Shown piece after piece: positions 51,232-64,000 of a stretch of 64,000 nt of DNA. The stretch is from positions 25,041,821 to 25,105,820 of the forward strand of contig NC_092379.1 in NCBI RefSeq assembly GCF_030028105.1, read 5' to 3'. The position numbers were made by a program, and so were the translations under genes. This DNA is from Mobula birostris. Lineage: Eukaryota. The notes under the pieces were generated by a model that worked only from the letters and a program-made list of their open reading frames with translations, was not told the origin of the DNA and made no database searches. Numbering within the stretch: position 1 is the stretch's first letter; each line of letters begins with the position of its first letter.

Positions 51232-53647
51232 TGCAGGATCGTTTTTTGTAGCAATACCTGGAAGTAGCAACTAGAGAAGGGGCAGTCTTGGATCTCCTGT
51301 TAGGGAAAGAGATGGGGCAGGTGACGGAGGTATGTGTTGGGGAGCACGTCGAGTCCAGTGATCACAATACCATTAGTTTCAATATAATTATGGAGAAGGA
51401 TAGAACTGGACCCAAGGTTGAAATTTATGCTGGGAGAAAGGCTAACTTTGCGGAGTTGCGAAAGGATTTAGGAGGAGTAGATTGGGACAACTTGTTTTAT
51501 GGAAAGGATTTAATAGAGAAATTGAGGTCATTTGAAGGTGAAACTTTGAGGGTACAAGATCTTTATGTTCCTGTTAGTTTGAAAAGAAAGGTTAAAAGTT
51601 TGAGAGAGCCATGGTTATCAAGGGATATAGGAAACTTGGTTCAGAAAAAAGAAGGATTTACAAAAAGAAAAAAAAAATATATAGGCAAGTCGGAGTTAAT
51701 GAGGTGCTCAAGGAATATAAAGAATGTAAAAAAAGAATATTAAGAAAGATATTAGAGAAGCTAAAAGAAAATACGAGACAGCTTTAGCATGTAATGTGAA
51801 AATAAATCCAAAGGGTTTCTTCAGTTATATAAATAGCAAACGGATGGTGAGTGATAAAATTGGTCCCTTAGAGAATCAGAGGGGACGGCTATGTGCGGAG
51901 CCAAAAGAGATGGGGGAGATTTTGAACAATTTCTTTTTTTCGGTATTCACTAAGGAGAAGGATATTGAATTGCGTAAGGTAAAGGAAACAAGAAGGGTAG
52001 TTGTGGAAAGTATGACGAAAAAAGAAGAGCAAGTACTGGCGCTTCTAAGGAATATAAAAGTGAATAACTCTCCGGGTCCGGAAAAGATGTTCTCTACGAC
52101 CTTGAGGGAAGTTAGTGTGGAAATAGCAGGGGCTCTGACAGAAGTATTTCAAATGCCATTAAAAACGGGGATGGTACCGAAGGATTGGCGTATTGCTCAT
52201 GTGGTTCCATTGTTTAAAAATGATTCTAAGAGTAAACCTAGCAATTATCGGCCTGTGAGTTTGACGTCAGCGGTGGATAAATTGATGGACATTATTGATA
52301 GAGATGCTACATATAATTTTCTGGATAGACAGGGTCTAATTAGGAACAGTCAACTTGGATTTGTGCGTGGAAGGTCATGTTTGACAAATCTTATTGTTTT
52401 TTTTTTGATGAGGTTACCCGGAAAGTTGACGAGAGTAAAGCGGTGGATGTTGTCTATATGGACTTCAGTAAGGCCTTTGACAAGGTTCCACACGGAAGGT
52501 TAGTTAGGAAGGTTCAATCGTTAGGCATTAATATCAAAGTAGTAAAATGGATTCAGCAGTGGCTGGATGGGAGACGCCAGAGAGTAATGGTGGATAATTG
52601 TGTGTCAGATTGGAGGGCGGAGTGTAGCTGTGTCCCTGAGGGATCTCTACTGGGTCCAATATTGTTTATCATATATATTAATGATCTGGATAATGGGGTT
52701 GTAAATTGGGTCAGTAAGTATGCAGATGATATTCAGATCGGTGGAGTTGTGGATAATGAAGTAGGTTTTCAAAGCTTGCAGACAGATTTAGGTCAGTTAG
52801 AAGAGTGGGCTGAAAGATGTCAGATGGAGGTTAATGCGAAAAAAATGTGAGGTGCTACATTTTGGCAGGACTAATCAAAGAGGACATACATGGTAAATGG
52901 TCGGGCATTGAAGAATGCTGTAGAACAGAGAGATCTAGGAATAATGGTGCATAGTTCGCTGAAGGTGGAATCTTATGTGGATAGGGTGGTGAAGAAAGTT
53001 TTTAGTATGCTAGCCTTTATTAATCAGAGCATTGAGTATAGGAGTTGGGATGTAATGTTCAAATTGTATAAGGCATTGTTAAGGCCAAATTTGGAGTATT
53101 GTGTACAGTTCTGGTCACCAAATTATAGAAAAGATGTCAATAAAATTGAGAGAGTGCAGAGGAGGTTTACTAAAATGTTGCCTGGGTTTCATCTCCTAAG
53201 TTACAGAGAAAGATATAACAAGTTAGGTTTTTGTTCTTTGGAGTGTTGAAGGTTGAGAGGGGACTTGCTAGAGGTGTTTATAATTATAAGTGGGATTAAT
53301 AGAGTTGACGTGTATAGGCTTTTTCCATTGAGTGTGGGGGAGATTCAAACAAGAGGACATGAGTTGAGAGTTAAAGGGCAAAAGTTTAGGGGTTAAATGA
53401 GGGGAAACATCTTAACTCAGACAGTGGCAGCAGTGTGGAACGAGCTTCCTGCAGAAGTGGTCGAGGCAGGTTCGATGATGTCGTTTAAAATTATATTAGA
53501 TAGATATATGGACAGGATGGGAATGGAGGGTTATGGACCGAGTGCAGGTCGATGGGACTAGGTGAGAGTAAGAGTTCGGCCCAGACTAGAAGGGCAAAGA
53601 TAGCCTGTTTCCGTGCTGTAATTGTTATATGGTTATATATTTATATG
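51232..53647 (+). mobile_element. CR1 LINE (EN C-terminus to 3' tail), frameshifted
   Basis: ORFs 51288-51743, 51796-52503, 52377-52850 (DFSKAFDKVPH, YADD) and 52890-53249; (ttatatgg)n tail. Confidence 0.92.
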
Positions 53648-55529
53648 GAAATCGCATGTTGAAAAATGCACCGTCATGCACTTTGGTCGTAGAAACAAAT
53701 GTGCAAACTCTTTTGGAAATAGGGGGATTGCAAGACTTTGTGCTGAACAGACTAAAGGTTAACTTACAGGCAGAGTCGGTGGTGAGGAAGGCAAATGCAA
53801 TGTTAGCATTTACTTCAACAGGTCTCGAATGCAACCGTGGGGGCGTGATGCGGACCCTCTATAAAGCACAGGGTAGATTTCACCTTCACTGTTGTTAACA
53901 AATTTTGCGTTATCATATAGGAAAAGATGAAGTGGCATTGGAGAAGATTCAAAAGAGGTTTACAAGGATTATTCCGGGAATAGTAAGGATAGGTCAGTGC
54001 GCTGGAGCAGGGGTTCAATTACAGACGCAGTACTGCGTAGACAGTGATTTAAGTTGGGATAATATTCCCGATGTGCAGCCAAAGTCTTCCTCAAAGTTCA
54101 TGCAGAGATTAAACATGCAGAAAAAAAAAAAATCCAGAATCAGGAAACAGACAATGCCGATATTCAGACGGACAGAGTACAGATAAGAATGCTGGAAAGG
54201 TTGAGGAAAAAATCACTGGCAAAATCTGGTAATAAAACAGGTGAAAACACAGGACTAAAATATACTGAGCAATAAACAGAGAGGCAGATGATATGTTGAA
54301 AACAATAAGACAGAAGTGGCAGCAAAACATGTAATAATGAGAAGTTGGTGAAAGGCGGAATACTCAGTAATACAGGGGCTGGAGTGGGGCAGGAGTGGGG
54401 ATAGCAGAACATGGGGCATGATAACAAACAAAAGCACATAGCAAGTCAAAAACACAGCCTAACAGATAGGGGGATAAACACAAAAAGGCAAAGTTCAACT
54501 GAAGGTACTGATAGGTTATCATACGAGGATTATTGATAGCTCTGTGTTTGTACTCGCTGGCACTTAGAAGCATGAGGAGAGATTTAATAGAAAGCTTTCG
54601 AATATTGCAAAACCGAGGCAGAGTATCTCTGGAACGAATGTATCTTGGTGGAGGAGCCTTGGACAACAGGTCTAGGCCTCAGGATATAGGGACGTCGATT
54701 TAAAACAAAGATGCGGAGGGGTTCCATTCGAGAAAAGTTGGTAAGGTTCTGGAATTTATTATCACAGGCTGCCAGTGCGGTCAGGTCATTGGTTGCATTT
54801 AAGGCATAACTTGCCATGTGTTTTAATGGACACAACATCAAATTTTATGGGGAAACGTCTGGGGAGTCAAGTTCAGGAGGCTGATTAATGATCAGCCGCA
54901 ATTGAATGGCGGGGCAATTACGATGGGACAAATGAACTAATCCTGTTCTTATATCTCATTAACTTATTCGGCGTTTTTTTTTTTTTTTTGATGTGCTTTG
55001 GGCCTGTATTCACTTGAATTGAAATGACTCAGGTGTGTCCTTATTGGAACCTATCGAATGGTGAAAAGCATTGATAGAGTGTATGAGGAGAGAATGTTTC
55101 CCCTTGTGGTAGATTCCAAGTCTAGGGAGCACAGCCTCAGAATACAGAAGCGTCTTTTAAGACCGGAATTGAGGGGCGATAACTTTAGCAAGAGAGTGTT
55201 GTGTCTGAGGAATTCGTTGCCACACGAATCTATTCAGGTGACGGCTTTGTGTATGTTTAAGACTGACGTTGGCAGATTCTTGATTGGTCAACGAGTTGTG
55301 AGATATGGGTCGAAGGCAGGATATTGCTAATGGCAAAAGGAAAGGTGGTGCAGACTCGATGGGCCAAATGGCCTAATTCTGCTCCAATAGCTTATGGACT
55401 TATGGTCTCAACTTATCTGGCTCGATACTGGATCGATGGGCTGAAGGGACTGGTTCCGTTCATTTTGTACATTTCAGTAACTATGATACGTAATGCAAAA
55501 GGACAGGGAAAAATGAAGTGGATTGTTAT

Positions 55530-58500
55530 TGTTACGTAACCGGCAACAATTAATATCAATCGAGAAAGGCTACATTAAAAAAAACGAACATTTATTAAAC
55601 ACGGATAAACGATAAGGAAGAAACACGAACAAACAAAAACCTTAACCGGAAGTTCACCGTCATGCAGCCGTTCAACTAATCATCACTCGGCACTGGTTCT
55701 TAACGTGTTAAATGCGAAAACAATTCTTAAAGCGATAAAGTCAGATATAGTTCTTAAAATGGTAAATTCGAAAGTCCAACAGATTTATACGTTCACTTGG
55801 GAGAGACTTCCCTGGAGGATTTCTTCATAGACACGACTTTCTTGCTGGTTCTGTCCATAGGTTTCACGATGCAGGAAATAAACAGTTTAAAAGAACTGGC
55901 CTTCGTTTCTAGAGAGAAAACCTTTGTTTTTTTTTTGGCAAGAGTTCTCTCGATGCCGGTCGCTACTCCTCCAAGGAAGACTCAGTAAGGTCGATCCTCT
56001 GTTCAACTGCTGAACGATACCGACTCCGCTCGATCCTTCAATCCTGTACTTTGATAAAGTCTTCATTCTCCTTTCTACTGCTGGAATAGGGTAAATTAGC
56101 ACATCTAGCCAAAAATTCCCAGTCCATCAATAATGTATCTTGCAACAGCACGCATAACTGTCTCAAAAATGAAACTGCGTAACAAAAACAAACACGCAAC
56201 AGAAACAGAGACACAGCATTTTCTACCTGGAAATCTACAAACTAAACAACTAACTGTGTCATCTGGAGTCTACCCTTATATACTCATGGTGCTTATGTCA
56301 TCACGTGACCTCACATCGACGGGAAATTACATCAGATGACCTCCAAAAGACAATTACATCATTCTCACAATAAACAAAAAAGATCACCTTGAGGCATGTA
56401 ACACCTCCCCCCAAAATAAAAAAAGAAATGGACTTTTAAAGAACAAAGTTTTCACAATTAACAATTTATAAAAAAATACAAATGATAAAATTTACAACAT
56501 TCCCAACATATGCAGTCTTATCTTTCAGCACTTTACAACCTAATGCACAATAGGCGTGTTACAAATGTTAAATCACCACTCCAAAAAACAAAACAAAAAA
56601 AGAATCATTGTACATTTAACATCTAGATGAACAATCAGCGATCACATTATCTGTACCCTTAATATGAGTGATCAAAATATTGTATTCCTGTAACATTAGA
56701 CTATATTATTTAACTGGAGTCTAATTCCTTAACCCTTTTGCTTAACAGTCACAGGTGCATGACCAAATTCACTTTTATCTAAATTAATAGTTAAGTTAGC
56801 TTTTGAAAGTATCTCAAATAGTTTCTCCACCGCAGTAATATGTGCTTTGCATGTATTATTTCCTGTAACTAAATCATCAATACAAGTATATGTATATTTT
56901 ATTCCCTGAATCACACTGTTAGTCATCCTCTGAAAAGTACCTGGTGCATTCTTCATCCCAAATGGAAGAACATCATATTCGTATAACCCAGATGGGGTTA
57001 CACATGCTCAAATCTCTCTACCTCTATCGGTCAATGGAACACACCAATAACTTGTTTTAACAAATCCATTTTTGTAAGGAATTTGGCCTGTCCAACTTTA
57101 TCCACACAATCATCTACCCCAGGGATTGGATATGCATCAGATATTGTCACAGCATTCACCTTTCTGTAAGCCGTATAAAACCGAATACTATTGTCTGGCT
57201 TAGGCACCATAACACACGGTAATCCAACTCGAGTTAGAATGTCTAATAACATCATTCTCTATTATATACTTAATTTCTTGTTCAGCAAGTTCACATTTTT
57301 TCCCTGTTCATTCGATACGGATGTTGCTTTATGGTATTTGCATCTCCAACATCTACAACATGCGTAGCTACGATCGTTCCTCTAGGGACGTCTGGAAATA
57401 AATCTCTCTATATATAGAAAAAAAAAAAAGAAAAATAAAACTGGTTCATCACCTGTCCCTGCTCTGGCCGTAAATGAGCTAATTTTGCATCAATATTTTC
57501 CAGATTTTTTTTTTTTGAATTTAGTAACCTTGCTGAAATACTGTTGGGTTGATAATGAGTTTCAGATGAGTCCTCCATTAAGTTTTTATCAATATCAGAC
57601 TCATTATTGATGACAACAGTCATAGTAGCAGCTTCTCTCTCATAAAATAGTTTTATCATATTTATGTGACACAGCTATGTTGTCTTTCTCCGATCTGGGT
57701 TTTTTTTTTTATCACGTAATCTACATCATTTACCTTCGACTTAACCTCATAAGGACCAAGATATTTGGCTTGTGATGGGATCGTTTGGACTAGGAAAAGA
57801 GTCAACACATTATCTCCCAGCTTAAATGACCTCATCCTAGCTTTCTGATCATAACATGTCTTCATCTTCTCTTGAGCTAATTTTAAATTTTCCTTGGCCA
57901 AGCTACAAACTGCATACAATCTTTCTTTAAATTTCAAAACCTTATCTAGCAAATTAATGTGTACTTCTCCATGTATCCACTGTTCCTTCAACAAGGTCAA
58001 AGGTCCTCAAACTCTATGCCCAAACACAAGTTCAAAACGACTAAAACCTAATGATTCCTGTACTGCCTCCCTTACTGCAAAAATTAGTAAATGCACACCT
58101 TCATCCCAGTCCTTTTCATTTTCCACGCAACATGTCCTAGTTATAGTTTTTTTTTTTTTTTTTTTAGTGTAGAATGAAATCTCTCCAAAGCTGCTTGTGA
58201 TTCTGGATGATAGGCTGAGGAAACAATCTGTTTTGCTCCCAGTTTATAAACTATCTGTTGAAACAACCCCAACATAAAATTACTACCTTGATCCGATTGT
58301 ATTTCCTTAGGGAAACCAATATAAGTTAAGGAATTTATAAGAGCCTTTGTCACAGCTTTGGCCGTTATATTCCTAAGGGGTACTGCCTTTGGAAACCTAT
58401 ACGCTGTGCAAATAATAGTTAATAAATATTGATGTCCAGTTTTAGTCTTTGGCAAAGCACCTAAACAGTCTACAACATTTTTTGGGAACGGCTCAAAGAA

Positions 58501-60660
58501 TACTGCAATTGGTTGCAGTGTGGCCACTGGAGTAATTTGATTAGGTTTACCCACAATTTGACACGTATGACGCGTTCTACAAAATTGGCTTGTTTTAAAC
58601 TAGGCCAATAAAAATATTTAGAAACCTTTTGTTCATAGTTTTCTTTACACCTATATGACCACCTAAAGGAATACTATGAGCCATAGTTAAAATCTTATCT
58701 CGATAAATTTTAGGAACTACTACCTGATGATTAACTTCCCATTACTCACTCGCCGAAATTGTAGACGATCTCCACCTTCTCGTTAATACACCCTTTTCAA
58801 AATAATATCTTACTGGCACTTTTTCAATTTCAATATCTGGAAGAGTTTGTTCTTTTAATTTAATTATCCCAGTATCTGTACCCTGTTCTGCTATCATCTC
58901 CTTCCGAGTTAACGACAAATCTTCCTGCTCAGACGTACCTCCAAAATCGTGATCAAATAAAGTAGGTAAGAAGGTTTCTGATACACCCTCAAATTTGAAC
59001 CTTGATTTGAACTGTCATGGGTAACAACCTCATCCTTTACATCAGTCTCTTTAGCCATAGCTCTTGTTACAACGCAGGAATAATCTGTGTTAGAATCCCT
59101 CTGTGGTTCCTCAGAATTTGAATTTATTTTCAGGAAAATTTGTCCACCTCTAAATCATTCCCTAACAAAAGAGAAACATCATTCACAGGTACGCTGGATT
59201 GTAATCCTCCTTTAATATCCCCTGTGACTAATCCTGAGCTTAAATTTACTCTATGTAAATGCACTGGCATAAGGGCACTCCCTATCCATCTTATATAATT
59301 TACGTCAGCACTGTCAGACTTATCACTAAACTTTAGCGCACTGTCTAATATTAATGACTGAGAAGCTCCAGGATCTCTAAGTATCCTTATTCCTATTGCA
59401 TTGGATCCTTCTTTCAAGGATACAAATTCTCCTGTTATAAAAGTCTTATATCCCTTCTTAACTTGTCAGACTCTGACTGATCTTCATTAGTATTTTTTGA
59501 ACCCTGTGGCTTTACAGGTTTTTCAATATGCTGCACACCAGCATCTGGGGCCACTTTTTTTCTCTTTCCTTTTCAATCTGAAGCAATTAGCTGCTACATG
59601 TCCAAGTTTCTTATAATAATTACAAATAATACCAAAATGTCTTTCCTTCACATGTCTCCATTCATCCTTACTTTTCTAACTAACTTCAGATTTAATTTTT
59701 GGTTTACCTTGACTCTCTGAGCTATTTTTCCTTAAAAAAAAAACAACCTGGAGTAAATGTATTCTTGAAAATTAAAACATACTCATCAGCTAATTAAGCA
59801 ATCTCCTACAATGTAGCAGTGTTCTCACTTCAACAGGAATTCTTCTTTTAAATTCCTCCTGCAAAATAAACTCTTTTAATTTATTATACTCCCCATTCAT
59901 ATTTTCAGCCGTTCAACAAATTGTCACTCGGCACTGGTTCTTAAATCGTTAAATGGGAAAACTATCCTTAAAGCGATAAATTCAGATATAGTTCTTAAAA
60001 TGGTAATTTCGAAAGTATAACAGATTTATACGTTCACTTGGGAGAGAGTTCTCTGAAGAAGGATTTCTTCATAGACGCGGCTTTCCTGCTGGTTCTGTCC
60101 ACAGGATTCTCGATGCAGTAAATAAACAGTTTAGAACAACTGACCTTGGTTTCTAGAAAGCAAACCTTTGCATGAACTCCTTGCTTCTTTTGGCAAAAGT
60201 TCGCTCCGATGCATGTCGCTTCTCCTTCAACGAAGACTCAATAAGGTCGATGCTTTGTTAAACTGCCGAACGATGCCGACTGCTGTCGATCCTTCGATCC
60301 TGTACTTCGATAAATTCTTCACTCTCGTTTCTACTGCTGGAATAGGATAAATCAGCGCATCTAGCCAAACATTAACAGCACAATGATATTGCATCTTGCA
60401 ACAGCACGCACTACCGTTTCGGAAATGAAACTGCTTCACAAAAACAAACACGCAACAGAAACGGAGACACAACATGTTCTACCGGGAAATCTACAAACTA
60501 AAAAAACTAACTGCGTCATCTGGCGTTTACCCTTATATACCCATGGTGCACATATTGTCACGTGACCTCACATCGGCCGGATAATTACATCAGGTGACAT
60601 CCAAAAGACCATTACATCATTCTAACAAGAAAAACACAGATCTCATTGAGTCATGTAACA
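55530..60660 (-). mobile_element. Gypsy-superfamily LTR retrotransposon with Gmr1-type order gag-PR-IN-RT-RH, internally deleted
   Basis: LTRs 59906-60660 (truncated) and 55530-56403 with TGTTAC/GTAACA ends; PPT cctcccccc at 56404-56412; gag knuckle CNYYKKLGHVAANC ~59600; PR ILRDPGASQS (59130-59417); IN with H..PLGGH, QSDQGSNF, YHPESQ..LERFH, GPY (58740-57660); RT (57400-56730); RH tail DNVIADC. Confidence 0.9.
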
Positions 60661-61547
60661 ATATCAGTGAAATGTCCATACTGAAAGCTGATTTGTTAAC
60701 TAAGTGTCTACAGTTTTTTGTATCTTCTTTTTAATAACACCAATCGGAAGAGGCATGCATTTGTTAATGGAGATTCTTTGTTACGAGTGCAGCATTATTC
60801 ATGCAGCCAGTTTTGAAGATGTGTTCGATTCTGGGAGCCTAGTGTTCTGATAATGCTTGCTGATCTATTACTTCCTAAAACTTTCTTCTACCATGTGCAG
60901 TGGCTCCACTATACCATAACGTGATACAACCATGCATTGATCTCCACGGTACTTCTGTACTAATTCCGATTATTTTTGATGACATGCCAAGTCTCCACTC
61001 CAGTACTCGAAATGAAAATTTCGAGTATTTGAATAGAATGAATTTATTTTGCTGTTTCATCAATATGTTGCGTCGAACAGAGATACACACAGATGATTTT
61101 ATCCAGAAATATTGAAACTGGAAGACAGGAAAACATAGGCGGTTGTGTGGGTCGAAGTACGAGATTGAATTTCATCTTTCGAAAGAGGTGACATAGGGTC
61201 AGATTATGTTGATTATTTGTGGGATGAGTTAAGAAACTGCAAAGTTAAAACATGCAATACTGGAATCATATATATAGACCTCCAAATAGTAGTCAAGATG
61301 TGGGTTCAGATTACACAGGCAATTGGAAATAGCATGTTGTAAAGATTATATCACAAATGCAATGGGGGCTTCAATGTGCACGCAGATTGGGAAAAAAAAA
61401 ATAATCTCTGTTGAATCACACTAGAAGAAATTGTTGATTACCTACGAGATAGCTTTTTAGAGCAGCTTGTGGGTCGAAAGTCACTAGCAGTGTTCCTCAG
61501 ATGTCAGTCTTCGGACGGCTACTTTTCAAATTATTAGTAACTGATTT

Positions 61548-63059
61548 TGTCACAGTGCGGACGTTGACGGCGGACTCCAATGAAAGAGAAAAACACCAAA
61601 GTACTAGGAACAGGACTTGACGAGAGAACTAGAGTTGGGACGTGACAAGATATAAAAAAGGAGCAAGGACAAGAAGGCAGACTTGGGTTAGGATATGGAC
61701 TACACATGGAACCTGTCTAGGGACTATGACGTAGGAGCTGGGAATTGGGTAAGCGGTAAAAGGACTAGGAACCATGAACTAGCAGCCAGAGACTGGACAA
61801 GGATCCAGAACCTGGGTCTTGCCGCGGGCTCGGACCGCAGAACGAAGCAAGGACATGACGTGTCTGGGGTCTTGGGTCTTCGGGCTGGAGGCTGCAGGTT
61901 GGAGTCTTGAGTCTTGAGGCAGCAGGCTGAGATCTTGGGTCTTGAGGCTGCAGGCTGGGGTTTGGGTCTTGGGGTTGCAGGTTAGGGTATTGGGTCTTAA
62001 GGCTGCAGGCTGGGGTTTTGGGTGTTGAGGCGTAATGCTGGGGTCTTGGGTCTTAGGGCAGCAAGCTGGGGTCCTGGGTCTTGGGTTTGCAAGCTGGTGT
62101 ATTGTGTCTTGGGGCTGCAGGCTGTGGTCTTGTGTCTTGGGGCTGCAGGCTGGGGTCTAGCGCCTTGGGGCTTCAGGCCCGCTTCTTGGTTCTTGAGATG
62201 TGGAGGCTGATAACTCGGAGGCTGGAGCTCGGAGACAGACTGGAAACTGTACATCAACATAGAGCCGGGACTTATCCTTCGAAAACTCGGGACTCATCTT
62301 TAACACAATAATAACATGAGACTGGACCGTCCATAGGCATAGAGCCGGAAGTTATCCTTAGACAAGCTGGGACTGAACTTTATCTCCACACCAAGTTGGG
62401 ACGGGCCCATCTCGTGATAAACGGCAGGACGGCAGGACTTACCCAACAGAGGCAAAGCCAGGACAAGACAGGTCTCCCCGCAGGCAACCGCAGAACAGCC
62501 TGACTTACCCCACGGAGGGGAGGACAAGTGAGATCCCCCGCTGGGCAACGGCAGAACGGCCTGACTTCCCCACGGAGGCGAGGACAAGAACAGACAAACA
62601 CCGATGAACGACAGACAGTTCCATCTCTGCATCGGGGTTGTTCCGAGTCGCAGTTACGACCAGCAACCTCGGCTGGCAATGGAAACAGCCATATTCCTAC
62701 CTAGGTCGGAGTGGCTGACAGCCACTCAGCTGGCTCGGGAAACGGCCGAATCTATACCGGAAAGACAGCTCCGACTATCGAGAGCAAGGCTCCATGAAGC
62801 TAAGGTTCTCCCACGCGACCTAAAGGTGGCAAGTAGCCGTTCTAGCCTTCCACCGGCTGGTTGCTCCCAGGGGATCTTGAGAAGACCATCCAGCAGCCCA
62901 CACTCGACCGCAAGACTATTTATATTCCAAGCCCAAGATGGGAATCGGGTGCCTTTGATTAACCCAACCGAAACAAGGGTCAGCTGGAAGACACGGAGTC
63001 CTGAATCCATGGACCGGACCGTGAATCGGAATATAGACTTCACGTACCGGACCATGACA
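61548..63059 (-). mobile_element. Solo LTR, family copy 3
   Basis: TGTCACA...CATGACA with exact 5-bp TSD gattt/gattt; expanded ~27-bp tandem array at ~61860-62170. Confidence 0.9.
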
Positions 63060-64000
63060 GATTTAGACAGTGGAATTGATTTTTTTTTTTTTTTTTTCTG
63101 GCAACATTTGCGACAACACGAAGATTGCAGTATTTCGTGCGGAGGACACAATATGACTGCAGAGGGACTAGACGTAGTTGGAAGCTAGGCAAAAATGTGC
63201 CAGGTCATATATAGTGTTGTGAAATGTACTATACGGCGTTTTGGAGAAATAAGCAACAGTGCGGATTAGAATTCAAATGGAGTTAAAATTCAAATATCAG
63301 AGACACAAAGGCAAGTGGGTATCCCCATGTTAGCCTCCCCCAATGTTAATTCATAGATTAAGTCTGTGGTTAAGATGGAAAGTGCAATGCTGGCATTAAT
63401 TTCTAGGAAAATAGAATATACAAGCACGGATATAATGCTGAAGCCTTATATAAGACACAAGTTAGCCCTCACTGAGTACTCTACAGTTTTGCAGCTGTCA
63501 TCTCCGAAAAGATTTATTACCATACGAGAGAGTCCAGAGGAGTGTGACCCGGATGATTTCAAGAACGCGAAGCTTAACACCAGGGGAACGTTTTGCATAA
63601 TTTGTCCGCACTCCTTAAAATGGAGAAGGTTGCTTTGGGATCTCAGAGAAACGTTCTGAATGTTGTAACGAGTAGAAAACGTGGATGTGTAGAGGATGTA
63701 ACCTGAACTAGCATTGAGGGTTTGCCTGCTAGAATACAGGTCCGGTGCATTTTCTCCATTTTCTAGCAAAAAAGTGGTCAATTATTTGAATGTTCTGTGA
63801 CATATTGCGGTCGAGGTCATTTACGTGGGTATAATTAAAGCGCAATTTGGTAGCATCGTGATTGTTTGGGGAATCAATGAATATGCTCATCAGGCAGGTG
63901 TATGAGTTTCAATGGTATCCAGGATCAGCCGCGATAAAATGCCAGAGCATATTTGTTCTGCTTTATGGCCTAATCTGCTCCTATGTCTAATAATCTTACT

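Noticed and set aside
55633-55641. Perfect nonamer ACAAAAACC
   Set aside because: Inside the Gypsy LTR with no heptamer at 12 or 23 nt.
61004-61027. Perfect 10-bp hairpin with GAAA loop (also a 9-bp stem at ~434-454)
   Set aside because: About one such stem is expected by chance in 64 kb of AT-rich DNA; no other support.
61860-62170. Regular ~27-bp repeats considered as a CRISPR-like array
   Set aside because: Units are contiguous degenerate tandem repeats without unique spacers, inside a eukaryotic LTR.

Overview
Vertebrate genomic DNA, not prokaryotic: no CRISPR, rRNA or tRNA genes seen. The repeat repertoire (CR1 with GTTTCTAT-type tails, RTE, Rex1, Penelope, tRNA-SINEs) suggests a cartilaginous fish, probably a ray (inference). 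The only host gene I can support is one intact T-cell receptor alpha/delta-type V segment on the minus strand: leader exon 4761-4806, V exon 3920-4221, 23-bp-spacer RSS 3881-3919, and an ETS/CRE-like promoter motif near 4900. No D, J or C segments were found. A possible decayed second V relic lies at ~10.8-11.8 kb, but a decayed-RT reading competes with it. The rest is mostly mobile DNA: many CR1 LINEs (one carrying a short telomeric-repeat insertion); a fold-back mariner MITE; three solo LTRs of one family with 5-bp TSDs; a Penelope>RTE>(CR1 + solo LTR) nest; and a Gypsy element with Gmr1-type order (PR-IN-RT). The RTE 5' end folds as an HDV-like ribozyme starting exactly at the TSD boundary. 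Both Penelope ends carry decayed minimal hammerhead motifs. Most long ORFs in the track are LINE/LTR fragments or their antisense shadows. Boundaries of old repeats are approximate and no database searches were run.
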